64,000 nucleotides of DNA from Callorhinchus milii (taxonomy: Eukaryota). Below the pieces are notes generated by a model. The model saw nothing but the letters and a program-made list of their open reading frames with translations. It did no database searches and was not told where the DNA came from. Positions 63,170 to 64,000 of this stretch are shown here, piece after piece (the stretch's first letter is position 1; the number at the start of each line of letters is the position of its first letter). The stretch lies in contig NW_024704743.1 of assembly GCF_018977255.1 (NCBI RefSeq), positions 50,284,001 to 50,348,000 on the forward strand, given 5' to 3'. The position numbers were made by a program, and so were the translations under genes.

Positions 63170-63493
63170 ACTGGAAACACTGCAATGTTGGAGGTTCTGT
63201 CCTTTGAATGAGACATTAAGCCGACGTCCTGTCTATTTGTTCAGGTGAATGTTAAAGATTCCATGGCATTATTTGAAAAGAGAAGGGAGTTTCATCCGGT
63301 GTCCTGGCCAACAATCTTCCCTCAAAAATCAGTCACTCACTCCATGGCTGTTTGTGGTGTTCACAAATTGACTGCTGCATTTGCCTACAAATATATATAT
63401 TCGCTACATTTTACAGTGAATCCCTTGAAGCACTTTGAGATGCTTTCCAGATGTGAAAGGCACTATATGAAATAAAAGAATCACTATTATTAT
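63170..63493 (+). mobile_element. DeuSINE-type fragment
   Basis: Deu core and tail. Confidence 0.8.
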
Positions 63494-64000
63494 GTGCACA
63501 TCTCCAAGGCTCAACCCCAATTTTTCAGTCTATTCATGATCATTGATTTCCATTTAAGTATCAAGAAATTGTAAATTGGAATGAGTGTGTGCAACTTTGG
63601 GGCAAAAGCAGGCCTTCACGTATACAGATGTGGACATTTTGGGGATTTGTTTTACGTGTTAATATTTTAGCTTCACATGTGTAAAGTTGTGAACATATGA
63701 TATTTACATGTGGAACATGGTGGGTTGGTCCAAGTTTAGCTTATTGGTGGGAAGGGGGTGGCGGCATTTTCATATTAAGACATTCTACATGTAGAATTTA
63801 ACCAGCTGGTCATGTTCGCCCTCGCCCAACTGTGATAAACCCCCAATAAAACAAATTCTACATCCAAATTTCATTCAGGTCACTCATTGCTACCTTTGGG
63901 ACTTGAGAGATCAATAACGTTACGCTGTCCTCATTTAATTTTCTCCTTGAGCTCCTAGGTTATAAAGGGAGGGTAATGAGGGGCTCTTGAGCTTGTTGAT

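Overview
This is repeat-rich, gene-poor vertebrate DNA that looks intronic or intergenic. The repeat complement points to a cartilaginous fish, most likely a chimaera such as Callorhinchus milii; this is inferred from repeats alone. I found no host protein-coding gene, RNA gene or CRISPR array that I can support. Every recognisable ORF in the track comes from reverse-transcriptase remnants of L2-clade or CR1-clade LINEs. The window holds: (i) young and old L2 LINEs; (ii) several CR1 families with different 3' microsatellite tails; (iii) many old tRNA-headed DeuSINE-type elements; (iv) a younger tRNA-Ala-headed SINE that borrows the L2 3' tail, in long and short forms; (v) a further old SINE-like family; (vi) a Tigger/pogo-like MITE and a hAT-like MITE; and (vii) very decayed Gypsy-like and Ingi/Vingi-like relics. 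The best-supported system is an L2-SINE partnership. Both share a two-part 3' stem-loop with compensatory base changes, and one SINE subfamily carries exactly the loop of the youngest L2. Other points of interest are many nested insertions that give relative ages, close inverted repeat pairs that could form dsRNA, a CR1 with a shared extension beyond its tail, a family of short palindromes, and repeat-free islands that may be enhancers. Boundaries of old repeats were read by eye and are approximate, and family names come from recalled consensus motifs, not database searches.
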